Positions 41,142 to 52,200 of a DNA stretch of 64,000 nt are shown here, in pieces. Made by a program: the position numbers and the translations under genes. Each line of letters begins with the position of its first letter. Position 1 is the stretch's first letter. The stretch comes from Bacillota bacterium (lineage in GTDB: Bacteria; Bacillota; Ch66; Ch109): NCBI GenBank assembly GCA_050952625.1, contig JBMNLH010000001.1:1088001-1152000 (forward strand). The letters run 5' to 3'. The notes beneath the pieces were generated by a model. That model saw only the letters and a list, made by a program, of their open reading frames with translations. It searched no databases and was not told the DNA's origin.

Positions 41142-41387
41142 TATATACCCTCCCGAAACCAAATATTTTTTGATAGGATTCAGGATAATCCATATTAGTG
41201 AACCACATAATAACATTATATTATTTTTATTGCCTGGCGACAAAGGTTATGTTAAGCCAGACGACCAAAATAATTAATGTCAGAATAGTCTGGTTAAATA
41301 CATGTGTATTTCTTTTGCTTGTGGTATAATAAGGTTAGTAAGAAAATGTAACTATTTCAAAGTAGGAGTCCGAAAGGAGGGGGTCGT

Positions 41388-41888
41388 ATGTCAAGTGTCA
41401 ATGATGCCCTGCTACCCATGACGACTCACTTGGAAGAAATCTCTAACGTCCTGCGGCAGACTTTGGATACGCCGATTGCCATGAATCCCGTTAATAAAAA
41501 AGAACAGGTGGACTTTTTATCCCGAACTTATTGGTGGAGAACCGATACAACTAATCCAGTCTTTAGGGGACAACGATCTTTTAACTATGTCCAGTTGCAA
41601 GTAGAGTTTGATATTGGGTTAAAAACTGTTTATATTGACTTTTTGTGTATCCCAGATGCTCAGAAGGGTCAGGGTAAAGGGAAAAGAATCATGGATAAAA
41701 TAATTGAGATCACTAGAATGCTGGGCTATACTTGCATAAAACTTGAAGCTCAAGAAAGTAGTGTGCCTTTTTGGCTTCGTGTAGGATTTAAGGCACTTGA
41801 TCCAACAAGTTCTCGCTTCCCCAAGGCTATGGTTTTTTTATTACAAAAGAAAGAATACGAAAACGATCGATATGCTATGGCTCAATAA
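41388..41888 (+). CDS. GNAT-family acetyltransferase
   Basis: QKGQGKG acetyl-CoA motif; FWLRVGF. Confidence 0.75.
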   Translation: MSSVNDALLPMTTHLEEISNVLRQTLDTPIAMNPVNKKEQVDFLSRTYWWRTDTTNPVFRGQRSFNYVQLQVEFDIGLKTVYIDFLCIPDAQKGQGKGKRIMDKIIEITRMLGYTCIKLEAQESSVPFWLRVGFKALDPTSSRFPKAMVFLLQKKEYENDRYAMAQ

Positions 41889-41966
41889 AATATTTAAGTA
41901 AATTCTTACCAAAAAATGCTATAGAAGATACTTCATATATAGGAGGAATCGTGGTATAATAGTAAC

Positions 41967-42335
41967 GAAGGCAGGGATAAGATGATAAGACGGGTTCCGA
42001 AAGGAACCAAATAAAGAGAAGGGAGGAGGGGTTACCGGCAAGTTGCAGTGCGGAATATCTTGTCTAAGGATGTCAACGGGAGATTGGTTGAATCAAGTTG
42101 CGAACAATCCTAAACAGGTCCGTTGCAGTTCCAAAATTAAGAGAAACGAGGTATCAAGCAAAAGCAAGTCGGTATCCTCAGGCGATTAGTGTTAGTGGTA
42201 GAACAAAAAGAGTATAACGCAGAATACGAAAGACCGTCCTGTTGATTTTGCTTCCAGAACTCACAAGGAAGCAGGTAGCCCTCCAAGCGGGTAGAATACA
42301 GGGCGGTCTTATATTGTCTGATGCATCTGTCCTTT
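41967..42335 (+). ncRNA. Candidate structured non-coding RNA (or small-ORF transcript)
   Basis: TTCATA-N17-TATAAT promoter with extended TG; several helices including a GAAA tetraloop and a 13-bp stem closing a three-way junction. Confidence 0.4.
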
Positions 42336-42351
42336 ATTTTGGTTCTTATTA

Positions 42352-42861
42352 TCACATTTTATTTTTATCACATTTATTTACCGAGTGTTCTGATAAGATT
42401 AGTTTAACGGCCACTTCGTCACAATTAGGAAATTTAATACAGTTGACGCAGTCGACCCACACTTTTTGCGGAAATATATCTTTGGAGACAACCATAAACC
42501 CGCATTTTATAAAAAATTCCGGTTTATAAGTTAGAGCAAAGATATCCTTTACTTCTAGTTGAATAGCTTCCTTTTTCAAAAATTCTAAAAGCTGGCGCCC
42601 AATACCTTTTTTGGTTACCCCGGGTTCGACCGCGAGGGATCGCACTTCGCCTAAATTATCCCAAATTATATGAAGAGCTCCGGTGCCTACTAGGCGGTCA
42701 CCATCAAAGGCAACCACAAAATCGCGGATTGTTTCATACAAAACACCTAAAGAGCGGGGTAGCAATAATTCTTGTTGTGCATAGGAGTTCACCAAATTAA
42801 AAATCTCCGGAACATCTGATAGGGTGGCTTTACGTAAAATAATTTGATTGGTGGCTGTCAT
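42352..42861 (-). CDS. argA: Short ArgA-like amino-acid N-acetyltransferase
   Basis: LLPRS, GEVRSLAV, FALTY..FF, PQKVWVDC..C.KFPNCDE. Confidence 0.75.
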   Translation of the reverse strand: MTATNQIILRKATLSDVPEIFNLVNSYAQQELLLPRSLGVLYETIRDFVVAFDGDRLVGTGALHIIWDNLGEVRSLAVEPGVTKKGIGRQLLEFLKKEAIQLEVKDIFALTYKPEFFIKCGFMVVSKDIFPQKVWVDCVNCIKFPNCDEVAVKLILSEHSVNKCDKNKM

Positions 42862-43097
42862 TAAAATGTGCCTTCCTTTCATGTACCAATATCTCGAGTG
42901 TTATCTTTTTCAGTAATAACTGGGTACTGCAATTAGCATTACAAATATTAACATCGTAGCGCAACCCATAATATACTGCTATTATGATAACAGATTTAAT
43001 ATCTCTAAGGGTAGCTTGATTAAGCATAAATTATATATTTTCTAATAATGAGAATAGACTAGCTGTTGCTGGGGAATAAAAACTAGGAGGGATTTAC

Positions 43098-43862
43098 GTG
43101 CTGTTAAGCCGTTTTATAGTTAACGATGCAGTGCGCTACGGAATAGTAGAGGAAGATATGATATCTCCCATCCAAGGAGATCCTTTTGGGGAGTTGGTTC
43201 GTACTGGCGAAAAACTAAAGCTGTCGGAGGTAATTCTTCTATCCCCGTGTCAACCAAGTAAGGTTGTTTGTGTTGGCTTGAACTATGCCGACCATGCTGA
43301 AGAACTGAACCTAAACTTATCAAAGGAGCCACTTTTATTTTTAAAACCTCCAAGTGCCGTTATTGGCCCGGGCGATTTTATTATCTGTCCAAACGCCTGT
43401 CAACAGTTGGACTATGAAGGAGAACTGGCCGTAGTAATACGGGAAAAGGCGAAAAATGTATCAGTCGAAGAAGTACATAAGATAATCTTAGGATATACTT
43501 GCGGCAATGATATTACGGCGCGAGATTTGCAGCGACTAGACGGACAGTGGACCCGAGCTAAATCGTTTGATACCTTCTGTCCGTTGGGGCCTTGGATAAA
43601 TAATGAGTTAGATCCAACGAAAATCGACATTAAATTATGGGTCAATGATGAGTTGAAACAAAATTCGAATACTAGTCAAATGATTTTTCCAGTCGATTTT
43701 CTAATAAGTTATATCAGTCGAATCATGACGTTATGCCCAGGTGATGTTGTACTAACGGGAACTCCATTTGGGGTGGGTTCGGTCAAGTCCGGGGACCGGA
43801 TAACCGTTGAAATTGAAGGATTGGGCCGGTTGACCAATCAGGTGAAAACCGAAGGATTTTAA
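43098..43862 (+). CDS. Fumarylacetoacetate hydrolase family protein
   Basis: VCVGLNYADH, DYEGEL, NDITARD, KSFDTF, LTGTP. Confidence 0.9.
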   Translation: MLLSRFIVNDAVRYGIVEEDMISPIQGDPFGELVRTGEKLKLSEVILLSPCQPSKVVCVGLNYADHAEELNLNLSKEPLLFLKPPSAVIGPGDFIICPNACQQLDYEGELAVVIREKAKNVSVEEVHKIILGYTCGNDITARDLQRLDGQWTRAKSFDTFCPLGPWINNELDPTKIDIKLWVNDELKQNSNTSQMIFPVDFLISYISRIMTLCPGDVVLTGTPFGVGSVKSGDRITVEIEGLGRLTNQVKTEGF

Positions 43863-43981
43863 AAAAATCCGTTGACAAATTATGATAATATGCTAGAATT
43901 CTATTGTGATTGGAATGGATGCCCTTATTTGAGAAATAAGGAGGAAATTCCAGTTTCATTTTGTGGAGGGGGGAGATAGTT

Positions 43982-44356
43982 ATGAGTGCATTGGGCCGTC
44001 ACGTACTCGCAGAACTTCATGGATGCCGATTTGATGTACTCAACGATATTGACAAAGTTGAGAGAATAATGATCAATGCGGCACTTGAAGCTGGAGCAGA
44101 GGTGCGTGAGTATGTGTTTCATAAGTTTAGTCCACAAGGGGTAAGTGGGGTTGTGGTGATTTCAGAGTCCCATCTAGCTATTCATACCTGGCCAGAATTG
44201 GGATATGCAGCCGTAGATGTCTTTACCTGCGGAAACACGGTTAATCCATGGGATGCCTGCAACTACCTAACGGAACAATTTGAAGCAGGACATGTAACTG
44301 CTAATGAATTATTAAGAGGGCAGTTAGTTCCGCAAAAGGTAGCCGTAAATTTATAG
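43982..44356 (+). CDS. speD: S-adenosylmethionine decarboxylase proenzyme
   Basis: [15 protein letters not shown] self-cleavage motif; DVFTCG. Confidence 0.95.
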   Translation: MSALGRHVLAELHGCRFDVLNDIDKVERIMINAALEAGAEVREYVFHKFSPQGVSGVVVISESHLAIHTWPELGYAAVDVFTCGNTVNPWDACNYLTEQFEAGHVTANELLRGQLVPQKVAVNL

Positions 44357-44402
44357 GAGGGATATTTATTTTAGCCCGCAAAAAAAAGAATAAAGGTTAG
44401 TC

Positions 44403-44453
44403 TAAGCCCTTGTAACGCGATGAGACGAGTGTTACCAAGGGCTTTAGTTTTTT
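44403..44453 (+). terminator. Terminator after speD
   Basis: AAGCCCTTGTAAC...GTTACCAAGGGCTT followed by T-tract. Confidence 0.6.
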
Positions 44454-44663
44454 ATGGGCTTGTAATAATTAGAGCTATTGCTTATTATATTGGAGGTAGC
44501 CATTGATAAGAATTTCAATTAACAGTAAACTTACTGAGATACCATTTACCGTTTTCAACGGAGGAGAATGGCCTTTTTGGCAAATGCTTTATACGAAAAC
44601 AGCAGGAATTTTGTGTTATCATGTAGAATATGATAATGCTTTGTCGAGAAAGGGGAAACGGAT

Positions 44664-45548
44664 GTGGGTGTTGGGGTGTGGGAATTATTTAGACCAGCGA
44701 TGATCAAAGGCAGACAAAACTGCGATAGCCTATTACGATTTAAAAATGGAAAGATTAGTGATTATTTAGAGGTTGATCTCGACTCTTTACCATTACGTTA
44801 CCTGTCAGCACTAGTACTTATTGGTGCTTATTATTATAGCAGTCGACAGATTGAGGGTAACGGTCTGGCTACTTGGTTGCGGGGAAACCCTATCAACCCA
44901 AATTTGACGGATTCAATATCGAATCATCAAGAAAAATTTTGGATTCAACAGGTAATTGGGATGGGAACTATTCTGCAGTTAATGTATTTGGCGGCCGAGG
45001 TGCATAACCAGATTAAAGACAATGAGGGTAGTTCCGCCCTTAACTCTGCGTTTAAAGAAGAAACTCCTCATTTTCCGGTGTTGTTTGGTGATTTCATTTT
45101 TGGCAAGCTGTTGAAGTTATTGGGTGAGATTGACTGTATTGATCGGGTTTCAGAACTAGCTGATATTATATGTCAGATTAATGAAGGCGCAATTCTAAGA
45201 AAAGAAATATTAGAAACCGGCCGAGGTGATCGTGAGAGTACTGTGGTAATTCTGGATAAGGAATTTGGTCATCTTTTTTTTGAGGCTGGTCAGATTGGTG
45301 TCTTAATGGCCGGTGGTTCTCTCGTAGAAGCTAATCATTTAGGCTGTTTTGGAAAACATCTAGGCATTATTATTGGGGCAATCGAAAGACGTTTTGATGA
45401 TTCTATCGTAGAACTGGGACGTCGAGAAGCTATTCGTAGTCTAGCCCTTTTGCCTGAAGGCTGGCTGCGCGAAGCAGCTCAACAGTTAGTAAGGGAAATG
45501 ACAATCGGTATTAATCACGAGAGATTGGCGGTAGCTAGCGGAGAGTAA
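44664..45548 (+). CDS. Divergent polyprenyl synthetase-like protein
   Basis: Synthase-like helices (LQLMYLAAEVH, VLFGDFIF, FGKHLG) without DDxxD motifs; lies in the quinone cluster. Confidence 0.55.
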   Translation: MGVGVWELFRPAMIKGRQNCDSLLRFKNGKISDYLEVDLDSLPLRYLSALVLIGAYYYSSRQIEGNGLATWLRGNPINPNLTDSISNHQEKFWIQQVIGMGTILQLMYLAAEVHNQIKDNEGSSALNSAFKEETPHFPVLFGDFIFGKLLKLLGEIDCIDRVSELADIICQINEGAILRKEILETGRGDRESTVVILDKEFGHLFFEAGQIGVLMAGGSLVEANHLGCFGKHLGIIIGAIERRFDDSIVELGRREAIRSLALLPEGWLREAAQQLVREMTIGINHERLAVASGE

Positions 45549-45564
45549 TAATTGGAGCATAGGT

Positions 45565-46491
45565 ATGAGCAAACTAACTTCAACCCAATTGAATAATAAT
45601 GCGGCGTTTCCGTCACAATCAGCGATTGAAATAGGCTTACTAACTCGGATAGGTTATTTTTTGCGCATGGTTGACATCGGACATACACTATTTGCCTTGC
45701 CCTTTGCTTATCTCGGTGCTTTTTTAGCTGCCGGCGGAATTCACACTCTAACTGATTTATGGTGGATAACGGTGGCGATGGTTGGAGCAAGAACAGCTGC
45801 CTTATGTTTAAACCGAATGATTGACCGGCATATTGATGCTCGAAATCCGCGAACTGCTGGATGGATACTGCCCCAGAGACTGGTATCGTTAAGTGCTGTA
45901 TGGGGTTCAATTTTCGTTTCGTTTTTCTTAATGCTATGGGCTGCAGCTAAGCTTAACCCGTTATGTGTTAAATTAGCTCCTTTAGCCGTGATGGTGCTGG
46001 TAATCTACTCGTATACTAAACGGTTCACCTGGACCTGTCATTTGATTCTTGGTTTAGCTATTGGGCTAGGGCCATTAGGTGCTTGGATAGCCATTACAGA
46101 AAGCATAGCTTGGACACCAGTTTTAGTTTACCTGGCGGTCGCTTTCTGGATAGCTGGTTTTGATATGATGTATGCCTGCCAGGATGAAGAGTTTGACCGG
46201 CAGGAAGGTTTGTATTCCGTACCGGCGCGCTTCGGAACCCCGGCCACCCTCAGGATTTCAACAATATTACATGGGCTTACCATATGTCTATTAATAGGCG
46301 TAGGAGTTATCCAGGGGCTGGGTTGGCTATACTACATTGGAATAGGCATAGCTGCGACTATTCTCTGTTACGAGCATTGGTTGATAACGCCAAATGACCT
46401 TAGTAAGATGCATACGGCCGCCTTTCAGTTGAATCGATATGTAAGCTTAATCTTGTTTGTTTTTACCTTGATTGACTTAGTTTGGATTTAG
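45565..46491 (+). CDS. mqnP: UbiA-like prenyltransferase of the futalosine pathway
   Basis: HTLFALPFA, NRMIDRHIDARNPRT, YSYTKRF, GFDMMYACQD. Confidence 0.85.
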   Translation: MSKLTSTQLNNNAAFPSQSAIEIGLLTRIGYFLRMVDIGHTLFALPFAYLGAFLAAGGIHTLTDLWWITVAMVGARTAALCLNRMIDRHIDARNPRTAGWILPQRLVSLSAVWGSIFVSFFLMLWAAAKLNPLCVKLAPLAVMVLVIYSYTKRFTWTCHLILGLAIGLGPLGAWIAITESIAWTPVLVYLAVAFWIAGFDMMYACQDEEFDRQEGLYSVPARFGTPATLRISTILHGLTICLLIGVGVIQGLGWLYYIGIGIAATILCYEHWLITPNDLSKMHTAAFQLNRYVSLILFVFTLIDLVWI

Positions 46492-46546
46492 AGTGGATTA
46501 ATCAATTTCATTTATTTATAAATACTGTCAGGAGGTCAGCTCCTCA

Positions 46547-47197
46547 TTGGGAGATTATATAATTGCGATAACCGGAGCCAGTGGATCAGCCTACGCTCGT
46601 CGTCTTGTAGAGTTGTTAATCAAAAAGGGGCATGATGTTCTGCTTACTATATCGAATGCCGGACAAATAGTGCTCCAGGAGGAGTTGGGATGGAAGGTTG
46701 CCGGTAATCCCGTTCAGATTGCAGAGCAACTGATGCGTTATCTGGGATTTGCCGAATTGCCAACCTTGCCGCATGTTCACAACGGGAAAAAGATAACGGG
46801 AAAATTAACTTACTACGATCCACAGAATATCGGGGCACCAATCGCCAGCGGTTCGGTACCGACAAAAGCAATGATTATCATTCCTTGCTCAATGGGCACC
46901 ATCTCTGGCATAGCTTGCGGAGCCTCGTCCAATTTGATTGAGCGGGCGGCTGATGTAGTGTTGAAAGAGAGGCGGCCGTTAATTGTGGTCCCTCGTGAAA
47001 CACCACTTAATGCTATTCACCTGCGTAATCTGTTAACTCTGGCAGAATTAGGCGTTCATGTTGTTCCAGCCATGCCGGCCTTTTATCATCGACCAGAGAA
47101 AATCCAGGATTTAATAGATTTTATGGTGGGGCGGATCCTTAATCTGCTGGAAATTGAACACAATCTTTTCCAACGTTGGCCGGGAGGTTCAAATTAA
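46547..47197 (+). CDS. ubiX: Flavin prenyltransferase
   Basis: ITGASG, IASGS, PCSMGT, RETP, PAFY. Confidence 0.93.
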   Translation: MGDYIIAITGASGSAYARRLVELLIKKGHDVLLTISNAGQIVLQEELGWKVAGNPVQIAEQLMRYLGFAELPTLPHVHNGKKITGKLTYYDPQNIGAPIASGSVPTKAMIIIPCSMGTISGIACGASSNLIERAADVVLKERRPLIVVPRETPLNAIHLRNLLTLAELGVHVVPAMPAFYHRPEKIQDLIDFMVGRILNLLEIEHNLFQRWPGGSN

Positions 47198-47203
47198 AAA
47201 GTA

Positions 47204-48172
47204 ATGAAGACCATTTATCTGTTTGAAGAAATAGCCGATGATATCCAGAAGGTTGAGGAAGAACTCCAAAACTTAGTTGAAACGGAGATTCAGATCTTAT
47301 CTAATGCATCTGCCCATCTGCTGCGAGCTGGTGGTAAACGGTTGCGTCCAGCCTTTGTTTTGCTAGCGGGTAAGTTTCACAATGATTCTCGGGATAAGCT
47401 GATACCTTTAGCGGTAGCCCTGGAACTGATTCATATGGCCAGTTTGGTACATGATGATGTTATAGATGCCTCGATGACTAGGCGAGGGGTTCCGACGGTT
47501 AAAGCCTGCTGGGGTAATCGGATTTCCATGCATACCGGTGACTATTTATTTGCTCGGGCCCTACAATTGGTCTCCCAGTACGATGATCCTCGAATTATCA
47601 GGATTCTAGCAGATGTAAGTGTTAAAATGGTTGAGGGTGAGATTCAACAGATTATTACTGCGTTTGATGTTGAACAGGGTTTAAAGGATTATTTATACCG
47701 GATTAAACGTAAGACCGCGATTTTAATCTCAACTAGTTGTGGTCTCGGGGCTATTGCCAGCGGAGCCCCGCCGGAAATAGTTCGCGGGTTAACACGTTAT
47801 GGGCACTATGTAGGGATGGCCTTTCAGATTACAGATGATTTGTTGGATTTTACTTCCACTGAAAAAGAGCTGGGTAAGGCAGTCGGCAGTGATCTAAGTC
47901 AGGGCATAATTACCTTGCCCGTAATCTATACCTTAAGATCGGGGTTTCCCGGTATAAGGCTACGTGAATTAATCAAGGACATTGAACAGGGAGGAGACGG
48001 CTTGGCTGAAGCCCTGGAAATTGTCCGTAAAGGCCCCGGTATTTTGGCTTCCTATAACTTGGTTGACCGTTATGTTGAGAAAGCCAAACAAGAACTGCGG
48101 TGGTTACCACCGACGCCAACCCGGGACACTCTGTCTAACATTGCTGATTTTATTAGCAACCGTCAGTTTTAA
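47204..48172 (+). CDS. hepT: Heptaprenyl/polyprenyl diphosphate synthase
   Basis: GGKRLRP, HDDVID..RRG, FQITDDLLD. Confidence 0.88.
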   Translation: MKTIYLFEEIADDIQKVEEELQNLVETEIQILSNASAHLLRAGGKRLRPAFVLLAGKFHNDSRDKLIPLAVALELIHMASLVHDDVIDASMTRRGVPTVKACWGNRISMHTGDYLFARALQLVSQYDDPRIIRILADVSVKMVEGEIQQIITAFDVEQGLKDYLYRIKRKTAILISTSCGLGAIASGAPPEIVRGLTRYGHYVGMAFQITDDLLDFTSTEKELGKAVGSDLSQGIITLPVIYTLRSGFPGIRLRELIKDIEQGGDGLAEALEIVRKGPGILASYNLVDRYVEKAKQELRWLPPTPTRDTLSNIADFISNRQF

Positions 48173-48173
48173 C

Positions 48174-48288
48174 AGTGAACTCGTTCAGCATTGCTGAACA
48201 TCGAAGCTTCAGATGGAACTCTACTTCACCTGAAGTTTTAACAAGGTAACCCCCCACTAATAGAAGTGGGAGTCTTTGATTCTGATAA
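48174..48288 (+). repeat. ~115-bp multi-hairpin repeat
   Basis: Homologous to 37236-37352; begins 1 nt after the hepT stop. Confidence 0.85.
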
Positions 48289-48314
48289 AACGCTAACCGG
48301 AGAGGGGTTCGACT

Positions 48315-49064
48315 GTGGCTGTAGAAAAGTCGATGTCCTGGATTGCTCATTTGGAGGAATTGAGACGGGTATTAGTAGTTTCACTAATCGCTTTATTAGT
48401 CGCAACTTTTGGTTGTTTTTTTTACAGTAACTATTTATTAACCTTGCTGGAGCGACCAATCGCTTCCTTAAATCTGCCTTTGTATTTTACCGCAGTTGGG
48501 GAAGGTTTTTTTGTAAAAATTAACCTTGCCCTCTACGCCGGGTTTGTTGTTGCCTTCCCAATTATTGCCTGGCAGATTTGGCGCTTTATTGTCCCGGCTC
48601 TCTATCCGCATGAAAAACGATATATCATGATTTTGGTACCAGTTTCCGTCCTCTTGTTTGGCACCGGCGTTGTTTTTTCTTACTTTTTTGTTTTGCCGGT
48701 GGCGATTAAAGTCCTAATTCAAATAGCTGGTCAATTAGAACCTATCCTGACCGTCAAACAGTACCTGTCTTTTTGCATGACTTTTTTAATCCCCTTTGGC
48801 CTTGTTTTTGAAATGCCGATCATCGCTATGTTTTTAACGCGGATTGGTGTGGTGACTCCGAAATGGCTGGCCAGTAAAAGAAAGTACGCCTTGCTGATTA
48901 TCTTCATTTTAGCCGCCGTGTTAACCCCCGGACCTGATCCGCTGTCGCAACTGCTAATGGGCGGACCAATGTATGTCTTGTATGAAGTTAGCATTCTCGT
49001 ATCTTATTTAGTCAGGGTTAAGAAGAAAAAAGCAGAAGAAATGTTTGCGGATCAAAGCGAATAA
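48315..49064 (+). CDS. tatC: Twin-arginine translocase subunit TatC
   Basis: HLEELRR, FIVPALY..EK, FEMP, TPGPD. Confidence 0.95.
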   Translation: MAVEKSMSWIAHLEELRRVLVVSLIALLVATFGCFFYSNYLLTLLERPIASLNLPLYFTAVGEGFFVKINLALYAGFVVAFPIIAWQIWRFIVPALYPHEKRYIMILVPVSVLLFGTGVVFSYFFVLPVAIKVLIQIAGQLEPILTVKQYLSFCMTFLIPFGLVFEMPIIAMFLTRIGVVTPKWLASKRKYALLIIFILAAVLTPGPDPLSQLLMGGPMYVLYEVSILVSYLVRVKKKKAEEMFADQSE

Positions 49065-49277
49065 ATAAATGAAGAACTGTCGAAAAAAAGCGATTATGCG
49101 AGAAGGATTTTAAAGGATTATATTGAATAAATAATATGGTGTATAACTCTGTCTTTTGGACAATTGAATAAACAAGTTTAGTCCGATAACCTTGATGTGG
49201 AGGGTGGTGATATATCAACTAGCGCGACCTTGTTTTTTGTGTTTTCAAGATGTTGGGAGGGAAAGGAGAGAGATGTA

Positions 49278-52200
49278 GTGAAGGTAACCCGTAGAGATTT
49301 TTTGAAAATCTCCGGAGCCACCGCTGCCACCTTTGCTATTGCTGATCTAGGCTTTAATGTCTCCAAAGCAGCCGCTAGTATTGGAGAATGCCGGATTAAA
49401 AATGTAAAAGGCATTCCGACGATCTGTCCTTACTGCGGTTGCGGCTGTGGATTGGTAGCCTACTCAGTGCAGGACCCAGCAACTAAAAAATTTGTTCAGT
49501 TGTTGAGTGTTGAAGGTGATCCTGATCATCCGATCAGTCAAGGTGGTGCTTGTCCGAAGGGAGCGGCGCTATTCCAATTACGGCAAATTGGTCCTGATTA
49601 TGTTAATGATGTTAATCCAAAGAGATTAACCAAGCCACTATATCGGGCACCAGGCAGCGATAAGTGGGAAGAAAAGGATTGGGATTGGGTTTTAGATGAA
49701 ATAAGTAAAAGGGTAAAAACAACTCGTGATCAAGGGTTTACGCTGACCCAAAAGGTAAAAACAAAAGATGAAGCCGGTAACGAAATAGAGAAAGAAATTC
49801 CTGTTTACCGGACTGAGAACATCGCCAGCTTGGGTGGGGCTGCTCTTGATAATGAAGAATGCTATCTGCAGACTAAGATGCTGCGGGCTCTCGGAGTGGT
49901 CTTCCTTGAGCACCAGGCCCGTATCTGACACTCGGCCACGGTTGCCGGTCTGGCACCTGCATTTGGTCGAGGCGCGATGACTAATCACTGGAATGATCTA
50001 AAGAATACCGATTGTGCTCTAATTATGGGCGGAAACCCGGCTGAAAACCACCCCATGGCTTTCCGCTGGTTGCTGAAAGCCAGGGAAGAGCGGGGAGCCA
50101 AGGTATTGGTAGTTGATCCCCGGGTGAGTCGTTCAGCCTCCCAAGCTGATCATTATTGTCGGTTACGATCCGGTACGGACATTGCTTTCATCGGCGGAAT
50201 CTTCAAGTATGTTTTGGACAACAAATTATACTGGGAAGAATACGTCGCGAACTACACTAATGCCTCATTTATTATTGACGATAAGTTTAGCTTTAATGAT
50301 GGTTTGTTCTCCGGCTACAACCAGGAAAAACGAACCTATGATCCAGCCAGTTGGGCATACAAACTAGGGCCAGATGGACAGCCTCTACGGGATATGACCT
50401 TGCAAGATCCACGCTGTGTTCTGCAATTAATGAAACAGCATTATTCTAGGTACGATGTTGATACAGTCTGTAAAATCACCGGGGCTGATAAAGAAGACTA
50501 CCTGAAAATTTGCGAAACCTACGCTGCTACCGGTAAACCGGATAAAACTGGTGTAATCTTATACGCCATGGGGATTACCCAGCATACCGTTGGTTCGCAA
50601 AATGTCCGGGCATTTGCTATGCTGCAGCTTTTACTGGGTAATATCGGGGTACCCGGCGGCGGGGTAGCCGCCATGCGTGGTGAGTCTAACGTTCAGGGAT
50701 CTACGGACATGGCTCTGTTGTTCCATCTGTTGCCCGGTTACGTGGGATCCCCAGATGCCAAGATCCAGCATGAAAACCTGGCTGCCTATAACGCGACCGA
50801 AACCCCGGCCACCGGCTACTGGCAGAACAAGCCTAAATTTTTAGTCAGTATGTTGAAGGCCTGGTGGGGCGACGCAGCAACCAGAGAAAATGACTTTGCG
50901 TACCACTATCTGCCCAAGAAGGATCCAGGTCGTCTAGGCGGCTACTCCCATATCGCCTTGTTCGAAGCAATGCACAAGGGGGATATTAAGGGACTCTTCA
51001 TTTTTGGTTCCAACCCAATAGTCGGTGGACCGAACGCCAACAAAGAGCAAGAGGCTCTTTGCAACCTGGACTGGATGGTGGCGATTGACCTGTGGGAAAC
51101 CGAAACCTCACAATTTTGGAAACCCGAGGCTTGGGCCAAGTCTGGCGTAAAGGCCAGGACACCTAAGGATATTAATACGGAAGTATTCCTGCTGCCGGCC
51201 TGCAGTTCCTATGAAAAGGAAGGAACAATCTCCAACAGCGGGCGCTGGATGCAGTACCGTTGGAAGAGCGCGGAGCCAGTGGGCGAGTCCAGGTCCGATC
51301 TTGAGATCATCGACCAATTGACGAAGCGGATTAAAAAGCAGTACGAAGGCAGTAACGATCCTAAGGATCGGCCGATATTGGATCTTACCTGGGATTATGG
51401 TCACGGTCATGAGCCTGACTTGATGATGGTGGCCACCGAAATGAATGGGGTTGACCTGACTACTGGCAAGAGAGTGGGAACTTTTGGTGCTTTGAAGGAT
51501 GACGGCACAACTGCCTGTGGTATCTGGATTCTCGCTGGCTGCTACCCCGAGGGTCAAGATTATTTACCCAAGCGGCGCAGCTTGGAAGATCCCTCGGGCT
51601 TAGGACAGTATTCTAATTGGTCCTGGTGTTGGCCGGTTAACCGACGCATTCTCTACAATCGTTGCTCAGCTGACTTGAACGGCAAGCCATGGGACGAGTC
51701 CCGCAAGTTAATCTGGTGGGATCCTAATGCAGTTGATGCCGCTACTGGCACGGCTGGCAAATGGGTGGGTTATGACGTCCCGGACTTCGGGGTTACAACT
51801 AATCCGAGTGCCCCAGGCGGCCGGAATCCGTTTATTATGCGGGCCGAAGGAGTTGGGTGTTTATTCGCAACCGGATCTCAGATGAAAGAAGGTCCTTTCC
51901 CTGAACACTACGAGCCTTGGGAAAGCCCAGTCGTAAATCTGTTGAATAGTCAACCTTTCAATCCAGTGGTCATGGTATGGGAACCTGATAAACAGGGTAA
52001 AAAAGATCAATATCCGATTATTGGTACCACTTATCGGGTGACTGAACACTGGCAGGCTGGAGCCATGACCCGGAATTTACCATGGCTAGCTGAACTAGTT
52101 CCCAATGTCTATGTAGAAATGAGTGAGGACCTAGCCAAAGAAAAAGGGATTAAGGGTGGCGACCAGGTGATCATTGAGTCGGCCCGGGGTTCAATCACGG

